Source: Methanocella sp.
GTDB lineage: Archaea; Thermoproteota; Bathyarchaeia; Bathyarchaeales; Bathycorpusculaceae
Assembly: GCA_050261115.1 (NCBI GenBank)
Contig: JBLNCY010000064.1
Coordinates: forward strand, 1-64,000
DNA: 64,000 bases
Reading direction: 5' to 3'
Part shown: in pieces, positions 18,479 through 28,375 of the stretch
Position numbering within the stretch: the stretch's first letter is position 1
Layout: every line of letters begins with the position of its first letter
Position numbers and translations under genes: made by a program
The notes under the pieces: generated by a model
The model's input: the letters and a program-made list of their open reading frames with translations, nothing else
Databases searched by the model: none
What the model was told of the DNA's origin: nothing

Positions 18479-20119
18479 ATGGCGTATTTAACAACTACAG
18501 GTTCAGGACAGCCAGTCCTCATCTTAAAAGAAGGAACCACACGAAGCAGAGGCAAAGAAGCCCAACGAAACAACATCATGGCAGCCCGAGTAATCGGTGA
18601 AGTCCTAAAAACTACGTTAGGTCCACGAGGCATGGACAAGATGCTAATCGACAGCATAGGCGACATCACCATAACCAACGACGGCGCAGCCATCCTCAAA
18701 GAAATCGACGTAGAACACCCTGCTGCAAAGATGATGGTTGAAATTGCTAAAACCCAAGATGATATGGTTGGCGACGGAACCACAAGTGCAGTCGTCATTG
18801 CAAGTGAGTTGCTCCGCAAAGCCGAAGAGCTCCTTGACCAAAACATCCACCCAACTATCCTTGTGAGCGGCTACCGAAAGGCATCTCAGAAAGCCATAGA
18901 GGTTATCAACCAAACCTCCGTTCCACTCGACATAAACGATCGTCAAACTTTGCTCAAGGTTGCATTAACATCAATGAGTAGCAAAGCAGTCGGCGCCGCA
19001 CGCGAGCACCTCGCAGAAATCAGTATCGACGCAGTGAAGCAGATTGCTGAAGCCCGCGGAGACAAAACCATCGCAGACATCGACAACATCCAACTCGTCA
19101 AGAAAACAGGCAAAAGCCTACTTGAAACCCAACTCATCCAAGGCATCATAATTGACAAAGAAGTCGTCAACCCAGGCATGCCAAAGATGAAAGAAAACGC
19201 CAAAATCGCGTTACTTGACAGCGCCTTAGAAATTGAAAAGACCGAAATCTCCGCTGAGATCAGAATCAAAGATCCCTCACAAATGAAAGCATTCCTTGAC
19301 CAAGAAAACTCCATGATGGAAGACATGGTGACCAAACTAAAGGCCTCAGGAGCAGACGTAATCTTCTGCCAAAAAGGCATCGACGACATGGTCCAGCACT
19401 TCTTAGCTAAAGAAGGCATGATCGCAGCAAGACGAGTAAAAGAATCCGACATGGAGAAACTCGCCCGCGCAACAGGTGCAAGAATCGTCAGCGACCTCGA
19501 TGACCTCAAGAAGGAAGACCTCGGCAGCGCAGGCCTAGTTGAGGAACGCAAGATCGGCGATGACAAACTAATCTTCGTCGAGAAATGTAAAGATCCTCAC
19601 AGCGTAGCCATACTTATCCGCGCAGGCTTAGAACGTATGGTTGACGAAGCAGAACGCGCCATAACCGACTGCTTATCCGTCGTATCAGATGTTGTAGAAA
19701 ACAATAAAATTGTTCCAGGCGGCGGAGCAATCGAAATCGAAATCGCAAAAGAACTCCGCAAATACGCAACTAAAGTCGGCGGACGCGAACAGCTCGCAAT
19801 TGAAGCCTTCGCAGATGCAGTCGAAGTCATTCCACGCACGCTAGCAGAAAACGCAGGCTTAGAACCCATCGACATCCTCGTTGAAATGCGCAGTGTACAC
19901 GACAAAGCCGAAGGTAAAAACATGGGTGTCAATATCTTTACTGGCAAACTACAGGACAGCATCCAAAACGGCGTCATCGAACCAATCATGGTCAAAGAAC
20001 AAGCCATCAAATCTGCCTCTGAATCTGCTGCACTGATCCTACGCATCGACGATGTTATCACAGCTAAAGCGCCCAAAGCCCCAGCAGGCCCTGGCGGAAT
20101 GGGCGGCATGGAAGAGTAA
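18479..20119 (+). CDS. ths: Thermosome (group II chaperonin) subunit
   Basis: [28 protein letters not shown] and ILRIDD motifs, with a GGM tail. Confidence 0.97.
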   Translation: MAYLTTTGSGQPVLILKEGTTRSRGKEAQRNNIMAARVIGEVLKTTLGPRGMDKMLIDSIGDITITNDGAAILKEIDVEHPAAKMMVEIAKTQDDMVGDGTTSAVVIASELLRKAEELLDQNIHPTILVSGYRKASQKAIEVINQTSVPLDINDRQTLLKVALTSMSSKAVGAAREHLAEISIDAVKQIAEARGDKTIADIDNIQLVKKTGKSLLETQLIQGIIIDKEVVNPGMPKMKENAKIALLDSALEIEKTEISAEIRIKDPSQMKAFLDQENSMMEDMVTKLKASGADVIFCQKGIDDMVQHFLAKEGMIAARRVKESDMEKLARATGARIVSDLDDLKKEDLGSAGLVEERKIGDDKLIFVEKCKDPHSVAILIRAGLERMVDEAERAITDCLSVVSDVVENNKIVPGGGAIEIEIAKELRKYATKVGGREQLAIEAFADAVEVIPRTLAENAGLEPIDILVEMRSVHDKAEGKNMGVNIFTGKLQDSIQNGVIEPIMVKEQAIKSASESAALILRIDDVITAKAPKAPAGPGGMGGMEE

Positions 20120-20136
20120 ATCTTCCACCCCTAACA

Positions 20137-20165
20137 TTTCTTATTTTTTTGATATTTTTTGATTT
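20137..20165 (+). terminator. Archaeal oligo-T terminator after thermosome
   Basis: TTTCTTATTTTTTTGATATTTTTTGATTT directly after the stop codon. Confidence 0.6.
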
Positions 20166-20273
20166 AGTATAATCATCCTTTTCTTCTAGAGGCGTATCTG
20201 AGATAGGTTTTAGTCGAAAGCTTACAAAAACCTATTTATCTCTAAGAGCGAACAATTGTTGGCTAAAAAAAGC

Positions 20274-20348
20274 GCTCCGGTAGTATAGTCCGGTCAAGTA
20301 TGCCGGCCTCTCGAGTCGGCGACCCGGGTCCAAATCCCGGCCGGAGCA
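20274..20348 (+). tRNA. tRNA-Glu (anticodon CTC), intronless, CCA not encoded
   Basis: Acceptor stem GCTCCGG/CCGGAGC, anticodon arm CCGGC-CT-CTC-GA-GTCGG, T arm CCGGG-TCCAAAT-CCCGG. Upstream TATTTAT box. Confidence 0.93.
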
Positions 20349-20456
20349 CTAAATACTCTTCTTGGATGCAAAAAGCCGTTTTTTTAGTTTGGCAAATATG
20401 TTTGTATCAGTGTAGTTCTCGCAAGCAGGCAATAGGCAGGAAAATGTAGAGAAAGG

Positions 20457-21560
20457 TTATCGGTAGGTTAGTGTTGAGCAGAGTTCCTCTACAGTGCGGT
20501 TTAGCGTTAATTCCGCCATGTTACGGCTGTAATCCATGATTCGCCTTGTGCTGTCAAAGATCAAACGCAGAATTGAAACAACATTGGGGTCGAATTTTTT
20601 GCTTGAAATCAGCATCATCAACTCGTTCTCCATCGGGATTAGTGACTCGCGTTTTGAAATAAGCTTCTCTGCATCTTTATAGTCCCGCTTGAAAACTGCC
20701 TTAACCGAATCCTCATACATCTGCTGTGCATTGCTGAAATAGTTGGATAGTTGAGAAAACACTTCCTCATCTAGCGGATTTTTAACAAACAAAGTTTCGC
20801 TGTTGATGAGCTTCTGGAATGCACCTATATGGTTTACGATGTTGAGTGCATTTTCACCTATGATTTCGATGTCGTTTACGGCTATGCGGTAGAGCAGGAA
20901 TTCTTTGGGGTTGCTAAAGCCTAGTTCCCGGTAGAGGTTGCGTTCTATGCCGTATTTTAGTTGGCGGACAATGTAGAGGCCGATGCGGTTTACGTCGTTT
21001 CGGGCATGGATGACGCTTTCAAAGAGTTCGGTGGTGGGATCCTTAAAAGAGGCTATGGCGTCTCGGTTGGCGGCTAGGGCTACGATGGCCATGCGTCGGA
21101 CGGCTTTTTCGATGCCAAATTCGCTGTGTTTGATAAGGATTTGAAGGATGATTTCGTCTGGGGTTTCATCGATGATTTCGGCGCCGAGGAATTTGTCACG
21201 TACAAAGTTTTTGATTTCGGCTTTGTATTTGGTGGTGTCTTTTACGTTTTTGAAGTGTATGTGTATGATGTCGGCTCCGATGGCGTAGAGTGCTCGGAGT
21301 AAGCGTAGGGCGACTTCGGGGGGTTCTTTGGGGTCGATGTTTATGACGTATTCTTTTTGTTTGGTGACGGTGTTTTTTCCTTCTTTTTCAAGGATTTTTC
21401 GTGGTACTAGTGAGAGGCTGTTGTCGGGTTGGATGTTGAAGGCGATTTCGCTGCCTCGTTTAAGGCCTATGTCTTCGACCCATTCTTTGGGGAGGGAGAT
21501 GATATATGAGCCTCTGCCTGTGCATTGGACTCTGCGGAATCCGAGGTCTTTTTCTGCCAA
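20457..21560 (-). CDS. AbrB/SpoVT-domain plus PhoU-domain regulator
   Basis: RRVQCTGRGSYIISLPKEWV…LKRGSEI AbrB motif followed by two PhoU helical repeats. TTG start after GGTGA. Confidence 0.85.
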   Translation of the reverse strand: MAEKDLGFRRVQCTGRGSYIISLPKEWVEDIGLKRGSEIAFNIQPDNSLSLVPRKILEKEGKNTVTKQKEYVINIDPKEPPEVALRLLRALYAIGADIIHIHFKNVKDTTKYKAEIKNFVRDKFLGAEIIDETPDEIILQILIKHSEFGIEKAVRRMAIVALAANRDAIASFKDPTTELFESVIHARNDVNRIGLYIVRQLKYGIERNLYRELGFSNPKEFLLYRIAVNDIEIIGENALNIVNHIGAFQKLINSETLFVKNPLDEEVFSQLSNYFSNAQQMYEDSVKAVFKRDYKDAEKLISKRESLIPMENELMMLISSKKFDPNVVSILRLIFDSTRRIMDYSRNMAELTLNRTVEELCSTLTYR

Positions 21561-21689
21561 ACTTGTCACCGTGATATATGATTCATGTGTATAACATTCT
21601 TCGTTGACTGGCATATAAATGATTTTCAACAACGTTATATAGAATACATGCTATTTGGGTTTTCTAATCAACCAGATGAGGACCCCGAG

Positions 21690-21818
21690 ATGTCGCAAAA
21701 CACCTGCAAAGTAATAATAAAAAACCAAAAACAACTCACCGTTAGCCGAGCTGTGCACTGCACATGCGACATAGATCTCCACATCTCCATGCTAACACAC
21801 CACTGCAAGGATGAATAA
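21690..21818 (+). CDS. Putative leader ORF (42 aa) of the glutamate synthase operon
   Basis: GAGGA-ATG; MSQNTCKVIIKNQKQLTVSRAVHCTCDIDLHISMLTHHCKDE. Stops 3 nt before ATG 21822. Confidence 0.35.
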   Translation: MSQNTCKVIIKNQKQLTVSRAVHCTCDIDLHISMLTHHCKDE

Positions 21819-21821
21819 AAC

Positions 21822-22265
21822 ATGAAAAAAATTCTCGCTAAACAAGAAATCTGCATCGGCTGCGGCCTATGTGAAGTCGCCTGCACCACCGCACACTCAA
21901 AAACCAAAGACCCCATAAAAGCCTACAATAGCGAACGCCCCAAACCCCAAAGCCGCATCCGCCGGGAAATTCAAAAACCCGTCTCCTTTGCCATCCAATG
22001 TCGCCACTGCCAAGACGCCCCCTGCGTCGCTGCATGCCTAACTGGCGCCATGACAAAGGACCCAAAAACAGGCGAAGTGAAGCATAACAAAGAAAAATGC
22101 ATGGGCTGCTGGACCTGCATCATGGTCTGCCCCTACGGCGCAATAAAGATGGACAAAGAAAACCGTGTCGTCACCAAATGCGACCTCTGTCAGGGCCTCC
22201 CTGCGCCAGCATGCGTCACCAACTGCCCCCAACAGGCGTTGGTCTTATATGAGGTGAAACCCTAA
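21822..22265 (+). CDS. 4Fe-4S dicluster electron-transfer protein (CooF/HydN-like)
   Basis: CIGCGLCEVAC, CRHC…C…C, CMGCWTCIMVCP and KCDLC…CVTNCP motifs. Confidence 0.9.
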   Translation: MKKILAKQEICIGCGLCEVACTTAHSKTKDPIKAYNSERPKPQSRIRREIQKPVSFAIQCRHCQDAPCVAACLTGAMTKDPKTGEVKHNKEKCMGCWTCIMVCPYGAIKMDKENRVVTKCDLCQGLPAPACVTNCPQQALVLYEVKP

Positions 22266-22266
22266 A

Positions 22267-23547
22267 ATGGCCAAGTACGTGATAGTGGGTGCTTCCGCTG
22301 CAGGTACCGGTGCAGTAGAAGCCATACGAGCAGTTGACCCAGCAGGCGCCTTAACCGTCATCTCCGACGAAACCTGCACACAGTACAGTCGCCCCATGAT
22401 CAGCGACTTTGTCAGCGGCAAAGCAGACGTAGCTAAAATGAAGTGCCGAAGCGACAGCTTTTGGAGCCAAAACAACGTCGAAATAGTCACTGGCAAAAAA
22501 GCCACCGCACTAAACCTAACCCAGAAAACCGTTACCTTAGAAGACGGAACGCAAATCCCCTACGAGAAGCTGCTGCTTGCTACCGGCGGGAAGCCTTTTG
22601 TGCCAAAGATGGAGGGCCAAGAAAAAGACGGTGTATTCACCTTCACTACTCTTGGCGATGCGCAGCTTCTTTCCGCCAAAATAGCTGCAGTCAACGCAAA
22701 GTCCGCGGTTGTTATCGGGGGCGGCTTGATTGGGTTGAGCGTAACTGATGCGCTAAGTAAGCGTGGCTTGAAGGTTACTATGGTTGAGTTGCAGGATAAA
22801 ATCCTAAGTTTACTGCTTGATGCCCAGGCTTCGGAGTTGGTTGAGTCGGTTGTGCGGGCTGCTGGCGTGGATATAGTTACGGGTCAGTCTGTGCAGAAGA
22901 TCATCGGCAAACAAGGCAACGAAGGCGCCGTCGGAGGCGTCGTCTTAACCAAGGGTGATACGGTGCCCTGCGACTTAGTCATAATCGCCATCGGCGTCAT
23001 CCCCCGAACAGACCTCGCAGTTGGCTCAGCAATTAAAGTCAACCGTGGCATAGTAGTCGACAACTCTATGCAGACCAGTGTGCCAGATGTTTATGCTGCA
23101 GGCGACGTTGCAGAGGCTTACGATTTCATCTTAGGCCAGAACCGCACGTTGCCGCTTTGGCCGCTAGCCGTCGAGGAAGGCAAAGTCGCCGGCTATAACA
23201 TGGCTGGCCAAAAAGCGCTCTATAATGGGGGAACTAGCATGAGCAGCCTCAAATACTTTGGTTTACCCATCATATCCGTTGGTTTAGCTAACCCCAAAGA
23301 TGACCCCGCCCTTGAGGTATTAACTAAGCTAGATGTTGAGCGTAAGGTGTACAAGAAAGCTGTACTTAAAAACAACCAACTCGTTGGGTTAACCTTTGTG
23401 GGCTGCATCGAACTCTCTGGCGTCCTCTTCTATTTAATGAAGAACGCTGTAAATGTAAAGAAATTCAAAGACCAACTGTTAGCAGACAACTTTGGCTTAG
23501 CGACCCTGCCGGTTAGTCTGCAGAAGAAAATGAGTGTGATAATGTAA
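22267..23547 (+). CDS. FAD/NAD(P)H oxidoreductase (NirB N-terminal / rubredoxin reductase-like)
   Basis: IVGASAAG, LLATGG, IGGGLIG and YAAGD motifs. Confidence 0.88.
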   Translation: MAKYVIVGASAAGTGAVEAIRAVDPAGALTVISDETCTQYSRPMISDFVSGKADVAKMKCRSDSFWSQNNVEIVTGKKATALNLTQKTVTLEDGTQIPYEKLLLATGGKPFVPKMEGQEKDGVFTFTTLGDAQLLSAKIAAVNAKSAVVIGGGLIGLSVTDALSKRGLKVTMVELQDKILSLLLDAQASELVESVVRAAGVDIVTGQSVQKIIGKQGNEGAVGGVVLTKGDTVPCDLVIIAIGVIPRTDLAVGSAIKVNRGIVVDNSMQTSVPDVYAAGDVAEAYDFILGQNRTLPLWPLAVEEGKVAGYNMAGQKALYNGGTSMSSLKYFGLPIISVGLANPKDDPALEVLTKLDVERKVYKKAVLKNNQLVGLTFVGCIELSGVLFYLMKNAVNVKKFKDQLLADNFGLATLPVSLQKKMSVIM

Positions 23548-24662
23548 TGGATCAATACGATCAAAAGATAATCAACCCCTATGGCGACGACAAGGACTTC
23601 TCAGCCTGCGGCATATTTGCCATGATGGACACCAGCGGAGCACGCTTTGGCTGCAAAGATCCTGTCAAAGCCATGGTTAACATGCATGACCGCGGCAACG
23701 GCTTGGGTGGAGGCTTCGCAGTGTACGGTATCTACCCACAATTCAAAGACTACTACGCCTTCCACGTCATGTACCTAAGCAAAGAGGCAAAAGAAAAGAC
23801 CGATCGCATCCTCGCCTCCCGCTTCGACATCATCTATGACGAAGAAATGCAGACCAAACCCGCCAACGTCCAAGATCCACCAGTGGTTTGGCGCTACTTC
23901 GCCGCACCCAAGAAGCGTCGCCCACAAGGCCAATCAGAAGAAGACTACGTAGTGGAAGCCATCATGCGCGTAAACACTGAGAGCGGCAAGGCTTTCGTGT
24001 TTAGCAGCGGCAAAGACATGGGCGTCTTTAAAGGCGTCGGGTTCCCCGAAGACGTAGCTGACTTTTTCTGCCTCGAAGACTACCAAGGCTACCTCTGGAC
24101 CTGCCATAGCCGTTTCCCAACCAACACCCCCGGCTGGTGGGGCGGTGCACACCCATTCAACATACTAGACTGGACCGTTGTCCATAACGGCGAACTCTCC
24201 AGCTATGGCATCAACCGCCGCTACCTCGAAATGCACGGCTACAAATGCACCATGCAGACCGACACAGAAGTCATCGCTTACGCAGTCGACCTACTCATGC
24301 GACGCCAACATCTCCCAGAAGAGTTGCTAGTGAAGGTGTTTGCTTCGCCGCTATGGGGCGAAATCGATCGCATGGAACCCAAACAGGCAGAGCTAATGCG
24401 TGTGCTACGTCAAACCTACGGTAGCCTGCTTATGAACGGGCCGTTTAGCATAGTCATCGCTCATCATGGAGAAATGATCGGCTTAACTGACCGTATAAAG
24501 CTGCGTCCAATGGTTGCAGGCCAACGGGGCGACGTAGTCTACATTTCCTCAGAAGAGGCCGCTATGCGTCTGGTTGCCCCCAAACTGGATCGTTTCTGGT
24601 GTCCACGTGGCGGCGAACCCGTAATTGCACGCTTAAAGAGCCGACCTAACGGAGGCCAATAA
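23547..24662 (+). CDS. gltB1: Glutamate synthase amidotransferase subunit (type-2 GATase, GltB1)
   Basis: ACGIF (Ntn Cys), HDRGNGLG, HSRFPTN, AHPF, HNGE and TDTEV motifs. Confidence 0.9.
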   Translation: MDQYDQKIINPYGDDKDFSACGIFAMMDTSGARFGCKDPVKAMVNMHDRGNGLGGGFAVYGIYPQFKDYYAFHVMYLSKEAKEKTDRILASRFDIIYDEEMQTKPANVQDPPVVWRYFAAPKKRRPQGQSEEDYVVEAIMRVNTESGKAFVFSSGKDMGVFKGVGFPEDVADFFCLEDYQGYLWTCHSRFPTNTPGWWGGAHPFNILDWTVVHNGELSSYGINRRYLEMHGYKCTMQTDTEVIAYAVDLLMRRQHLPEELLVKVFASPLWGEIDRMEPKQAELMRVLRQTYGSLLMNGPFSIVIAHHGEMIGLTDRIKLRPMVAGQRGDVVYISSEEAAMRLVAPKLDRFWCPRGGEPVIARLKSRPNGGQ

Positions 24663-24663
24663 A

Positions 24664-26181
24664 GTGAACATGAAAACCTATCTAAACCCCGAATACCTCG
24701 TCGAACGTGACCCCCGACGCTGTATCCGCTGCAAAGTCTGCACTAACCAATGCACCTATGAGAGCCACTGCTATGACCAAGAAACCGACGCCATCGTCAC
24801 CAAAGATGAAAACTGCGTTAACTGCCAACGATGTGTAACCTTCTGCCCCACACACGCCATCACCATACGAAAGAACCCGAACGCTAACCGAGACAACGCT
24901 AACTGGACCGTCGAAGCCATCCGCGACCTAAAGCGTCATGCAGAAAGCGGCGCCGTCCAGATCACGGGCATGGGCAACGACAAACCCGCCTTCAGCTACT
25001 GGGACCGCATAGTGCTTAACGCCAGCCAAGTCACCAACCCCTCTATAGATCCCCTACGGGAACCTATGGAAATCCGCACCTACCTCGGCTCCAAACCCGA
25101 CCGCATCGAGGTAGACTTCAAAGACGGTATGCCTGAACTCAAAACTAAACTCGCACCCCAACTCTGTCTAGACACACCCATAATGTTCTCCGCCATGTCC
25201 TACGGAGCCATCAGCCTAAACGCACATGAATCCCTAGCTCGTGCAGCGACGGCTTGTGGCACCTACTTCAACACAGGCGAAGGCGGACTCGACAAGAGCC
25301 TCTACCAATACGGCGATCACGCCATCGTCCAAGTTGCTTCAGGACGTTTCGGTGTACACCCCAACTACCTAAACGCAGGTGCCGCAGTCGAAATAAAGAT
25401 TGGTCAAGGCGCAAAACCAGGCATCGGCGGCCACTTACCCGGCGAAAAAGTCACCGAACCCGTCGCCAAAACCCGCATGATCCCACAGGGCACAGACGCG
25501 CTCTCACCTTACCCCCAACACGACATATATTCCATCGAAGACCTCCGCCAACTAATCTACGCCATCAAGGAAGCCACCAACTACACCCGACCCATATCAA
25601 TCAAAGTAGCAGCGGTTCACAACATTTCAGCCATCGCAAGCGGCATCGTCCGTGCGGGCGCAGACATCGTAGCCATAGACGGTGTCCGAGGCTCCACAGG
25701 CGCAGCACCTAAAGTCATCCGAGACAACGTCGGCATACCCATCGAGCTAGCATTAGCACAGGTGGATCAGCGTTTACGAGACGAAGGCATACGCAACCGA
25801 GCTTCCATCGTTGCTGCAGGCGGCTTCCGAAGCTCCGCTGACGTCTTCAAAGCAATCGCATTGGGCGCAGATGCAGTCTACGTCGCAACAGCGGCATTGG
25901 TGGCTATGGGCTGCACGGTCTGTCAACGTTGCTACACAGGCAAGTGCCCCTGGGGTATCGCTACAAGTGACCCCTGGATTAGCAAACGTCTCAACCCAGA
26001 CATCGCATCACAGCGCCTCATTAACCTCCTCCACAGTTGGAGCCATGAGATTAAAGACATGATGGGCGGCATGGGCATCAACGCAATCGAAAGCTTACGC
26101 GGCAACCGACTTGCACTACGGGCAGTTGGCCTAAACGCGAAAGAACTGGAAATCTTAGGTGTTAAAATGGCAGGAGCATAA
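24664..26181 (+). CDS. gltB2: Glutamate synthase FMN-binding subunit with N-terminal ferredoxin (GltB2)
   Basis: MSYGAIS, NTGEGG, QVASGRFGV, GQGAKPGIGGHLP, HDIYSIEDL and CxxxxxCxxxxCP motifs. Confidence 0.93.
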   Translation: MNMKTYLNPEYLVERDPRRCIRCKVCTNQCTYESHCYDQETDAIVTKDENCVNCQRCVTFCPTHAITIRKNPNANRDNANWTVEAIRDLKRHAESGAVQITGMGNDKPAFSYWDRIVLNASQVTNPSIDPLREPMEIRTYLGSKPDRIEVDFKDGMPELKTKLAPQLCLDTPIMFSAMSYGAISLNAHESLARAATACGTYFNTGEGGLDKSLYQYGDHAIVQVASGRFGVHPNYLNAGAAVEIKIGQGAKPGIGGHLPGEKVTEPVAKTRMIPQGTDALSPYPQHDIYSIEDLRQLIYAIKEATNYTRPISIKVAAVHNISAIASGIVRAGADIVAIDGVRGSTGAAPKVIRDNVGIPIELALAQVDQRLRDEGIRNRASIVAAGGFRSSADVFKAIALGADAVYVATAALVAMGCTVCQRCYTGKCPWGIATSDPWISKRLNPDIASQRLINLLHSWSHEIKDMMGGMGINAIESLRGNRLALRAVGLNAKELEILGVKMAGA

Positions 26182-26186
26182 ACAGT

Positions 26187-26996
26187 ATGCAGGTACCCCA
26201 ACGAGTTAACTCTACAGAAATCGACCCCCAATACGAAAACCGAGTAGTCTACCAAGGCAAAGTCGTCAAAGTCGACGCTGAAGGCATCTACTACCGAGAC
26301 CTCAACAGCATCCTACGTGCCATAGTCCAAAGAGGCGGCATAGAAAAAATCCAACTGCACAATGTCTGTGGACAACGCTACATCGGCACCGACCTCAACG
26401 CCAACATCGACATAGAAGTATACGGCACCCCCGGCAACGATTTAGGCGCTTTCCTAAATGGCCCCCGCATATCCATCCACGGCAACGCCCAAGACGCAAC
26501 CGGCAACACCATGAACGAAGGCGAAATCGTCATCCACGGCCATGCAGGCGACCTAACGGGCCACAGCATGCGAGGCGGACGCATATTCGTCAAAGAATAC
26601 GTCGGCTACCGCGTCGGCATCCACATGAAGCAATACGAGCAAAAAGTGCCCACACTGGTCTTTGGCGAAACAGCAGGCGACTTCCTGGCCGAGTACATGG
26701 CAGGCGGCATCATCCTGGCTTTAGGCTTAAACCTCAAAGAAGGCCAGAAATGCGACTCCCGCTTCATCGGCACAGGCATGCACGGCGGCGTACTCTACCA
26801 ACGAGGCGAAATCTTTACGCCTGAAGCAGGCACCAAAGTGGAGCCAGCTGGCAAACGCGACATGAAAACCATCGAGAAGCTAGTCAAGGATTACTGCGGT
26901 TACTTCGGCGGCGACCCAAGCGCTATCTTGTCGGCAAAGTTCTACAAGATTCTGCCGATTTCAAGTCGCCCCTATGAGAAGATGTTCTCGCACTAA
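26187..26996 (+). CDS. gltB3: Glutamate synthase GXGXG subunit (GltB3)
   Basis: GQRYIG, GTPGNDLGAF, GNTMNEG and AEYMAGG beta-helix repeats. Confidence 0.9.
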   Translation: MQVPQRVNSTEIDPQYENRVVYQGKVVKVDAEGIYYRDLNSILRAIVQRGGIEKIQLHNVCGQRYIGTDLNANIDIEVYGTPGNDLGAFLNGPRISIHGNAQDATGNTMNEGEIVIHGHAGDLTGHSMRGGRIFVKEYVGYRVGIHMKQYEQKVPTLVFGETAGDFLAEYMAGGIILALGLNLKEGQKCDSRFIGTGMHGGVLYQRGEIFTPEAGTKVEPAGKRDMKTIEKLVKDYCGYFGGDPSAILSAKFYKILPISSRPYEKMFSH

Positions 26997-27107
26997 CCCT
27001 TTTTCATTTTTTGTTTTTGTGATTGTTTAGCGTCCACCACATACCAATAAAAGATAACCAAAGCACATTGTCTCAAGAGCTAAAACGTTACAAAACGAGG
27101 TATTGGT

Positions 27108-27383
27108 ATGAGCAACAGAGTTAAGGGTAAAAAGCCGCCCCCCTACTTCTACGATGGACCCCCACTTGACAAAGAAACCCGACAGGAACAGACCGACGAC
27201 ATCTATGACACTGACACGCGCGAAGCTATGCTAGACGGTGACGAGATGACCGCCGCCGAGGAAGGGTTCATGCGGGGACGCGAACAAGAACCGCCAAGTA
27301 AACGCGAGACACGCAAAAACGCGGTAAGTCACACTGATGAAATCGCAACTGAACTGGCCAAAGAAGACGCAGAAGACAGCTAG
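27108..27383 (+). CDS. Small acidic hypothetical protein
   Basis: GAGG RBS; DIYDTDTREAMLDGDEMTAAEEGFMRG. Confidence 0.65.
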   Translation: MSNRVKGKKPPPYFYDGPPLDKETRQEQTDDIYDTDTREAMLDGDEMTAAEEGFMRGREQEPPSKRETRKNAVSHTDEIATELAKEDAEDS

Positions 27384-27697
27384 CCAACGCCGCTATCTGC
27401 GGATCGCTGGGTAGGTGGGTGTTCTTCTCTGAAGCTGTGATCCTGTTCACCGGTAGTGCTCAGTGTGGCGGTTCTGAAATTATCCAGCGCTGCATGTGAC
27501 TTCTGCAGTAGGTCTTGAGCTTGTCTTATGGCTTCTTGGCGCCCCATATCCTGTGTCCATTCCTTTGCTTTTCTTTGTTCTACGCGGTCAGTTATGGTGT
27601 ATGCAATGGATTCCTCAAACCCTGCTAGCTTCAGTTGGTCGATGAGGGCCATTTTGTCATAGTTTCTTGTTGAAAGTCTAACCAAATGCATCTCCAA
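27380..27697 (-). CDS. Hypothetical protein (possible ATP-cone-like helical domain)
   Basis: 105-aa ORF, RNYDKMALIDQLKLAG…IAYTITDRVE. Upstream TATA at about 27718-27724. Confidence 0.55.
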   Translation of the reverse strand: MEMHLVRLSTRNYDKMALIDQLKLAGFEESIAYTITDRVEQRKAKEWTQDMGRQEAIRQAQDLLQKSHAALDNFRTATLSTTGEQDHSFREEHPPTQRSADSGVG

Positions 27698-27875
27698 GGA
27701 TGGGCAGATTTGTTGACATATAAAGGTGTGTTGTGCAACGCCTGAAGCAACCTCACAAACAAAGTCGATGCGTTATGATAATCGAGCTGTCTCATGGCTT
27801 TTGTGGCTGCGTTTGTGCAACAACACAATCTTAACTATTTCACTGCGCAGTACTCTGATTTAAGAGGTTTGAGAT

Positions 27876-28124
27876 ATGGTTTCAGCAGTTGTGTTATTGA
27901 GCACGGGTTTAGACGCCCCCGACAAGGTTGTTGATAACCTGCGAAGTATCAAAGGCGTTGAGGAAGCCCATGCATTGTATGGCGTGTATGATTTGTTTGT
28001 GAAGATTAGGGCGGACTCGATTGACGACCTAAAGAACATGACTAAGAAGCGGATAAAGAAAGTCGCAGGCGTAACCAGTTCATTAACCCTGATGGTAACC
28101 GACCCCCCAACGCACATGCCGTAG
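27876..28124 (+). CDS. Stand-alone Lrp/AsnC ligand-binding (RAM) domain protein
   Basis: GVEEAHALYGVYDLFVKI…GVTSSLTL; no HTH. Confidence 0.88.
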   Translation: MVSAVVLLSTGLDAPDKVVDNLRSIKGVEEAHALYGVYDLFVKIRADSIDDLKNMTKKRIKKVAGVTSSLTLMVTDPPTHMP

Positions 28125-28327
28125 CCTGCTTTTTCTATTTTGCCTTTTTTGTAACAGTAGTAGGCGACCTTCTCTTTGCGTTTCTTTTAAGTATAGGTTC
28201 AACCCAGCCTTGACTCTACATATGGATAAGTCGTTTTAGACGCTTTTTCTTTGAGATTTTTGATGTTTCGACGTTTTAAGTACATTATTTTAGGGTTAAT
28301 TATTGCTTACCTTGGCACTTATTAAAA

Positions 28328-28375
28328 ATGGCTGTGGAAAAAGGTTTACTGCTTTGAGTTAGCGGTTTTCCGATG
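28328..28375. repeat. Conserved gene-end repeat, copy 1 (direct repeat with 29350-29397)
   Basis: ATGGCTGTGGAAAAAGGT versus ATGGTTGTGGAAAAAGGT (17/18). Similarity continues through AGTTAG…CGATG. Confidence 0.7.

Noticed and set aside
20274-20348. tRNA-Glu as an integration site
   Set aside because: No integrase nearby and no duplicated tRNA 3' end seen in the window.
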